A stretch of 64,000 nucleotides of DNA from an uncultured bacterium. Lineage in GTDB: Bacteria > Chlamydiota > Chlamydiia > Chlamydiales > JAJFMA01. Positions 58,990-64,000 of the stretch are shown here, piece after piece. Numbering within the stretch: the stretch's first letter is position 1; every line of letters begins with the position of its first letter. The position numbers and the translations under genes are program-made. The notes below the pieces were generated by a model. It searched no databases. It saw only the letters and a list, made by a program, of their open reading frames with translations, and had not been told where the DNA came from. The stretch covers positions 4,159 to 68,158 of the forward strand of contig CAYTFC010000003.1 in the NCBI GenBank assembly GCA_964436955.1. Reading direction: 5' to 3'.

Positions 58990-59602
58990 CAGGCATTTCC
59001 TTCATGAAGGGAAAATCGGCTAAAGCGAGCATTTCTTTGTCCCCCTTGCTGTCGCCATAGGCATAGAGAATGTATTGGTCTTTAGGACCGAGTAGTTCAT
59101 CTAAGCGTCTTGTTTTCTCGGCTCCGCGACAATTTTTGCCTTTGAGATAGCCTGTTAGCCTATTTTCTGAGTTTACGGCCAATTCCGAGCTTAGAACTTC
59201 ATTAATGCCAACTGAGTGTGCCCAGGGAATAAGATAGAGATTCATGGACGCACTGACGAGAATGCAGCGATGTCCCTGGTCGTTATGCCATTTTATGCGC
59301 TGTAAAGCCTCGGGTCTTATCTGACTTGGAAGACTTTCTTTTGCAAATCTATGTGCATCTTCGGTGACTTCGTTGAGCGGCATTCCCTTGAAAAAGTAGG
59401 TGAGGACGCGCTCTTTCATGGTTTGACGATCGCGTCCGAGGGCAACATCAAGAGCTAACAAAGGAGCTAGCAAACCAAGTCCAAGAAGGGTTTTGAACCA
59501 GCCAAAGCGAAAAAAAAGAAATGGCACAAGCGAATCGCGATAGCTAATGGTGCCGTCGAAATCAAAGGCCGCAACTGTCTGTAAAGCTTCTTTTTGCATC
59601 AT
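58982..59602 (-). CDS. HAD-superfamily subfamily IB hydrolase
   Basis: AAFDFDGTIS (DxDGT), ILVSAS, YGDSKGDKEML motifs. Confidence 0.8.
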   Translation of the reverse strand: MMQKEALQTVAAFDFDGTISYRDSLVPFLFFRFGWFKTLLGLGLLAPLLALDVALGRDRQTMKERVLTYFFKGMPLNEVTEDAHRFAKESLPSQIRPEALQRIKWHNDQGHRCILVSASMNLYLIPWAHSVGINEVLSSELAVNSENRLTGYLKGKNCRGAEKTRRLDELLGPKDQYILYAYGDSKGDKEMLALADFPFMKEMPDA

Positions 59603-59703
59603 ACGCCGCAGCTTAGCATAAAGCCAGCCTCACTGACAAGATCCCAAAAAATCAAAACAGACGAAAGCGAGGACGTGAGTCCATAATCATTACGTTCGTA
59701 GAC

Positions 59704-59731
59704 TTGCGAGTATTTGCTGTTCATGCATAAT
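59704..59731 (+). promoter_or_regulatory. promoter candidate (TTGCGA - 16 nt - CATAAT) for the 59764 gene
   Basis: Hexamers at 59704-59709 and 59726-59731, 33 nt before the ATG. Confidence 0.3.
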
Positions 59732-59763
59732 GCTCAGATCAATCATTTTTTTATGGGGCAAGC

Positions 59764-60741
59764 ATGAAGGCAATCGTCACAGGTGGATGCGGCTTTATTG
59801 GAAGCCATGTTGTGGATTTATTGGTTGCTAAAGGCGTCGATGTTGTCGTTTTAGATAATTTCAGCTCTGGACGTCGTGAAAATCTAGACCATGTGAAAGA
59901 ACACGTAAAAATTGTGGCTTGTGACATATCTCAGCCAGGTTCGTGGGACAATGAATTCGCACATGTAGATTGGGTGTTTCATCTTGCAGCTCTTGCAGAC
60001 ATTGTTCCTTCCATTAAGGACCCAGCCAACTACTTTCGTTCCAACGTGGACGGCACTTTCAACGTCTTGGAGGCTGCACGAAAACATCAGGTTAAGCGTT
60101 TGGTTTACGCGGCGTCTAGCTCATGCTATGGCATTCCTGATGCATTCCCTACATCTGAAGATGCTCCCCTAAGAGCAATGTACCCTTATGCCTTAACAAA
60201 AAGCTTGGGAGAGCAACTGGTTTTGCATTGGGCTCAAGTATATAAACTGCCTGCTCTCTCATTGCGCCTATTTAATGTTTATGGTCCGCGAGCCCGCACG
60301 TCGGGTACTTATGGCGCTGTCTTTGGAGTTTTTTTAGCTCAAAAACTCGCCCAAAGCCCATTTACAGTGGTGGGTGATGGCACGCAAACACGCGACTTTA
60401 CCTATGTTACTGATGTCGCCGCCGCGTTCATTGCCGCAGCAGAAAGTCAGCGTATCGGAAAGATCTACAATGTTGGTAGCGGGCATACAGTTTCTGTTAA
60501 CCATCTTGTCAATTTACTCGAAGGTGAAGTCACCTATATTCCTAAAAGGCCCGGAGAACCTGACTGCACTTTCGCCGATATTAAAAGCATTTGCCAAGAT
60601 TTAAAATGGGCTCCAAAAGTAAGCATCGAAGAGGGTGTTACCAAGCTGTTAGACGGGATTGAAGGGTGGAAATCGGCTCCCGTCTGGACGCCTGCAACAA
60701 TAGCCCATGAGACAAAGGAATGGTTTGAGTGTCTACGCTAA
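59764..60741 (+). CDS. NAD-dependent nucleotide-sugar epimerase/dehydratase (extended SDR)
   Basis: AIVTGGCGFIGSHV, YALTK (YxxxK), FNVYGPR. Confidence 0.85.
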   Translation: MKAIVTGGCGFIGSHVVDLLVAKGVDVVVLDNFSSGRRENLDHVKEHVKIVACDISQPGSWDNEFAHVDWVFHLAALADIVPSIKDPANYFRSNVDGTFNVLEAARKHQVKRLVYAASSSCYGIPDAFPTSEDAPLRAMYPYALTKSLGEQLVLHWAQVYKLPALSLRLFNVYGPRARTSGTYGAVFGVFLAQKLAQSPFTVVGDGTQTRDFTYVTDVAAAFIAAAESQRIGKIYNVGSGHTVSVNHLVNLLEGEVTYIPKRPGEPDCTFADIKSICQDLKWAPKVSIEEGVTKLLDGIEGWKSAPVWTPATIAHETKEWFECLR

Positions 60742-62036
60742 AACGCTGTTATCTTTGGCTTAAAAAGATTGAGCATTACATGCTTCACATCCCAATGACT
60801 CTCAAAAATTGCGTAAGTGCACACCGAATTTTTTCTGAAAAATACAAAGATAAATTAGTAGGTTTGCTTCCAAACCACGCAATTGGTCCCCAAGCACAAT
60901 ATATCGAAATGTACTTACGTAAGTCTAAGGTTCACAATTTCGATTTAAAGGAAGATGTGGTTCTAGTAGCCACTTCCCGGTATTGCAATAGACAATTTGA
61001 CCTTATGTGTTCGCGCTTAGCTAACATCGTTATCGATGATCAGTTGTATGACCTTCTTCAATATGGAGGATGGCGTTATTTAAAAAGGCAACGGCGTTGG
61101 TTGAGAAGTAGTTTTAGAAATGGAGTTGTTTATCATCCTTCCTGCCCCAGTCAATTAGATTTTTTGCCTGCCGAAGAGGAGCATGGTCGCTTCCTTTTAA
61201 AAAAAATGGGGGTAGACCCCACTAAGCCCTTTGTTACGATTAGCAATAAAGATAATTGGTATTGGCAAAGTCGTGGGGAAGATAAACCGTGGGATGCATA
61301 CCGTTGCTCTGTTTTTGAGGACCTTGTTCCCGCGATAGAATATCTACATATCAACGGCGTGCAGTCAATTCGGGTTGGATATTGTCCTGATACGTCGGCT
61401 CCGAACGCCTACCACACTCTATCTGTTCTTACGGTAGATGAAATCGACTTTATGGACATTTATTTGCAAAAGCATGCGTTATTTTCTGTTTGTGGGGACA
61501 GTGGACTTGCATGGGTGCCCTATATTTTCAAGACGCCAGTACTTTTGCATAACATGATTCCCCTGGGTGAAAGTCCGGTTGTAGAGCGTGGTATTTTTTT
61601 GCCTAAATGCATGAGGAAGGCTGGGACTGATAGAATAGCGAGCTTGAGTGAAATTCAAGAGATTAAACATTTCATAGGCTATTCCGAGATGGATCAATAT
61701 ATGATTCGAGAAATGAGTGCAGAGTTCTTTCAAGGAAGCTACTACTATGCTAAATATGGTCTAGAAATTATGGACAGCAGCCCGGAAGATATCTTGCAGG
61801 CTGTCAAAGAAATGCTGGGATATGTCGATGGAAAGTTTCAGCTGTCTCCTGAACAAAAAGCTAGGCAAACAGCCTTCAATCGATCATTTTCCTTGGGACA
61901 TCCCATGCGTCATACTACGGGGTGGGTTTCGCCTTCGTTTTTGCAGAAGAATGAAAATTTAGTCCGAGACAGGGTCCCTATCGGTGAGAATAAGCGCATT
62001 GACGGAATAGGAGAGCGGATAGATACACGTGCCTGA
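60729..62036 (+). CDS. hypothetical protein, possible glycosyltransferase (uncharacterised family)
   Basis: 435-aa ORF (GTG 60729; ATG alternatives 60780/60795); FVTISNKDNWYW ... VCGDSGLAWVPYIFKTPVLLHN resembles putative GT families seen in O-antigen clusters; weak. Confidence 0.5.
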   Translation: MSTLKRCYLWLKKIEHYMLHIPMTLKNCVSAHRIFSEKYKDKLVGLLPNHAIGPQAQYIEMYLRKSKVHNFDLKEDVVLVATSRYCNRQFDLMCSRLANIVIDDQLYDLLQYGGWRYLKRQRRWLRSSFRNGVVYHPSCPSQLDFLPAEEEHGRFLLKKMGVDPTKPFVTISNKDNWYWQSRGEDKPWDAYRCSVFEDLVPAIEYLHINGVQSIRVGYCPDTSAPNAYHTLSVLTVDEIDFMDIYLQKHALFSVCGDSGLAWVPYIFKTPVLLHNMIPLGESPVVERGIFLPKCMRKAGTDRIASLSEIQEIKHFIGYSEMDQYMIREMSAEFFQGSYYYAKYGLEIMDSSPEDILQAVKEMLGYVDGKFQLSPEQKARQTAFNRSFSLGHPMRHTTGWVSPSFLQKNENLVRDRVPIGENKRIDGIGERIDTRA

Positions 62037-62378
62037 TACAATGGGTGCCCACCAAATACCTGCAATTTCATGGTAGACTACCAAATGGTAGATGGTCACA
62101 CTTAGCGACAACAATAACAGATAGCTTAACAAGTATTTAGTAAACTTCGCGATGTTGAAGCGTTGTGAATTGAAAACAAATTTGCCATTAGCAATAAACG
62201 CAAACACGATCCCACCAAAATACGCAAATCCGTACGCTACTTCGGGCGGCAACACAAACATCAAGCTGCCATACAAAAGATAGATGAATATCGCTATGAT
62301 CAGACTGAGACTCATGTAAGTGCTCATTTTGACAATAGACTGGGGTAAAAAACGATTCCACTTAGCCGGCTGACTCAC
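61959..62378 (-). CDS. GtrA-family membrane protein
   Basis: 139 aa, 4 TM helices, FAYFGGIVFAFIANGKFVF GtrA-like motif. Confidence 0.7.
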   Translation of the reverse strand: MSQPAKWNRFLPQSIVKMSTYMSLSLIIAIFIYLLYGSLMFVLPPEVAYGFAYFGGIVFAFIANGKFVFNSQRFNIAKFTKYLLSYLLLLSLSVTIYHLVVYHEIAGIWWAPIVSGTCIYPLSYSVNALILTDRDPVSD

Positions 62379-62484
62379 CTTATCTCCTCATAAACATGGA
62401 TGCATTAGGCTAAGGTCTTGGACTGTTAAGGTCAAGAGTCTGGACGGGAATTCTGTAGTTTCCTGTACGAGCCTTTATCCTGAA

Positions 62485-62513
62485 TTGACAAAAGTCCAGG
62501 CATGACCTATGTT
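62485..62513 (+). promoter_or_regulatory. promoter candidate (TTGACA - 17 nt - TATGTT) for the 62543 gene
   Basis: Perfect -35 at 62485-62490, -10 at 62508-62513, 30 nt before the ATG. Confidence 0.4.
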
Positions 62514-62542
62514 CTTGAGGAACTGCTTACCAAGAGATTTTA

Positions 62543-63523
62543 ATGACTAAGACCGTTCTTGTTACTGGAGCTGCGGGCTTCATTGGATTTCACCTCTGCA
62601 AGGCTCTACATGCCCGTGGAGACCAAGTTATCGGATACGATAATTTTAACTCCTATTACGACCCGGCTCTCAAACGATCACGTGCAGCTGAACTGCAGCA
62701 CTTAGGCGTAAACCTTATTGAAGGCGATATTTGTGATGTCGACCGTTTGCACGATGTCATGGTATTCCATGGACCGACTCATATTGCGCACTTAGCTGCT
62801 CAAGCTGGAGTACGGTATTCCATCGAAAATCCTTACGTCTATGTAAAAACAAATCTTGAGGGATTCGTAAATATTCTTGAAGTCTGTCGTCATCGCCCAG
62901 GTACACGCCTTATCTATGCATCTTCTTCATCTGTATATGGCGCTAACACCAAGCTGCCCTTCGCTGAAGCAGACATGACAGATCATCCCGTCAGTCTTTA
63001 TGGAGCTACCAAAAAATCAAACGAAGTCTTGGCAGCGTCCTATCATCGATTGTACAAAATTCCAGTGACTGGACTACGTTTCTTTACCGTTTACGGTCCA
63101 TGGGGACGTCCTGATATGGCCTATTATAGCTTCACAAAGGCGATTATCGAAGGTGAACCTATCAAGATCTATAATTATGGAAAGCTTCAACGCGACTTCA
63201 CGTATATCGATGATATCGTTCAAGGAACTATTAGTGCCATTGATCTTGGGGCGCAGAACGAAATCTTCAACCTTGGTAATCACCGTCCGGTGACCTTGGA
63301 ACACTTTATTAGTGTCTTGGAAGCGTCCATCGGCCAGAATGCTATTAAAGAGTTTCTTCCTATGCAAGCCGGTGATGTTCCTGCAACCTATGCCGATATT
63401 GCACACAGTCGGCGCATGTTAAATTTCGAACCTAAAATAAGTTTGGAAGAAGGGATTCCTCGCTTTGTTGCCTGGTATAAGGCTTCCCAAATAAGCAATA
63501 AAACCCATACCATGGCGCCTTAA
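62543..63523 (+). CDS. UDP-glucuronate 4-epimerase-type NAD-dependent epimerase
   Basis: VLVTGAAGFIGFHL, NFNSYYDPALK, YGATK, FFTVYGPWGRPDMA typical of the UDP-GlcA/GalA epimerase subgroup. Confidence 0.8.
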   Translation: MTKTVLVTGAAGFIGFHLCKALHARGDQVIGYDNFNSYYDPALKRSRAAELQHLGVNLIEGDICDVDRLHDVMVFHGPTHIAHLAAQAGVRYSIENPYVYVKTNLEGFVNILEVCRHRPGTRLIYASSSSVYGANTKLPFAEADMTDHPVSLYGATKKSNEVLAASYHRLYKIPVTGLRFFTVYGPWGRPDMAYYSFTKAIIEGEPIKIYNYGKLQRDFTYIDDIVQGTISAIDLGAQNEIFNLGNHRPVTLEHFISVLEASIGQNAIKEFLPMQAGDVPATYADIAHSRRMLNFEPKISLEEGIPRFVAWYKASQISNKTHTMAP

Positions 63524-63545
63524 CGGCTCCGGAGGGCGCGAACAT

Positions 63546-64000
63546 ATGAGATCTTGCTGCGTATTACTACTTTTACTGACCACATTAACGGGTTGTCTTT
63601 ATAATGATCCTGCTTATCGTGAAGAGATGCCTGACATTCCAGCTTTGGAAGAGATAGTGGTTACTTATAGCGATGAGATGGAGCGTTATAACCGCCTGTT
63701 TTTATCAGATTCCCGTGCATACTACGATCATTACGTAGAAAAGGTATGCATGAAGTTCCGAACGGAAGCCATTATGGATGTACTCGAGGCAAGAGACCTG
63801 ATCGTTCATGTGGTTGAAGGCTTTCTTGCGCGCGTCAATGAAGATCCATGGGTCTCCACAGATCTATATAACTTTCCCTTTACCGCTGACAATCTTCACG
63901 TTGAAATAGAGTTTGATAGCTTTTACGGAAAGTATGTGGACACTAGAGAGATTGGGCAAGTGCACCTCAAAGAAGGAATTGTTTACTATTACGCGAATGA
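63546..64000 (+). CDS. hypothetical lipoprotein, 3' end beyond the window
   Basis: GGAGGG RBS, MRSCCVLLLLLTTLTGC signal peptide with lipobox; frame open to the window edge (not in the ORF track because it is truncated). Confidence 0.6.
   Translation, partial: MRSCCVLLLLLTTLTGCLYNDPAYREEMPDIPALEEIVVTYSDEMERYNRLFLSDSRAYYDHYVEKVCMKFRTEAIMDVLEARDLIVHVVEGFLARVNEDPWVSTDLYNFPFTADNLHVEIEFDSFYGKYVDTREIGQVHLKEGIVYYYAN

Larger units (their letters stand above)
39108..63523. other. accessory surface-glycan (LPS core/O-chain- or capsule-like) biosynthesis island
   Basis: 22 consecutive ORFs, 20 with sugar-activation, glycosyltransfer, modification or export signatures, in alternating-strand operons. Confidence 0.75.

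Noticed and set aside
59604-59660. Possible third copy of the D/E motif (CGCCGCAGCTTAGCATAAAG) and of the element C tail (AAAAAATCAAAACAGAC) in the HAD/epimerase divergent gap
   Set aside because: The matches are short and need indels. They are not distinguishable from chance by eye, and the palindromic core is not preserved.

Overview
By gene content and gene order, this window looks like chromosome from a member of the Chlamydiota outside the Chlamydiaceae: oversized PBP2, dispersed type III secretion (T3SS) loci, McsA/McsB, Kdo genes, moderate GC by eye. I count about 60 CDS and 3 tRNAs (Gly-UCC, Glu-UUC, Lys-UUU). I saw no rRNA, CRISPR, transposase, integrase, phage genes or recognisable defence genes. 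The left 37 kb is three conserved blocks placed side by side: (1) pbp2 / rpsB-tsf-pyrH-frr / tRNAs / kdsC / mcsA-mcsB-(TagF-like); (2) nth-mnmE ... psd ... secA; (3) lpdA-lipA ... sctJ-(K slot)-sctL-sctR-sctS-sctT. Each block is interrupted by lineage-specific ORFs that are candidate envelope or secreted proteins: a Cys-rich membrane protein in the ompA slot, an Inc-like protein, a Cys/His protein, a HEAT-like protein, and a 485-aa ORF after sctT. The right 25 kb (39.1 kb to the edge) is an accessory surface-glycan island in alternating-strand operons. It holds ADP-heptose-type genes (GmhA, a rearranged HldE-like kinase/nucleotidyltransferase set, a GT9 heptosyltransferase), a KdsB paralogue, an AsnB-type amidotransferase and an MsbA/PglK-type ABC exporter. 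It also holds a GT2-cyclase fusion, a FemAB-like plus deacetylase-like pair, GT-C-like and GtrA-like membrane proteins, and epimerases. One tightly coupled operon encodes HAD, carrier protein, SDR, adenylating ligase and an unknown 515-aa protein. That operon, and the island as a whole, are my best candidates for an undescribed system. In the non-coding DNA, every large intergenic gap carries long nested palindromic repeats (13.5, 27.5, 32.6, 44.8 and 52.6 kb, with a truncated copy at 16.5 kb). Two of them share a 27/30-nt motif in the two divergent promoter regions of the island. All functional calls come from motif recognition by eye; no database search or folding was run.
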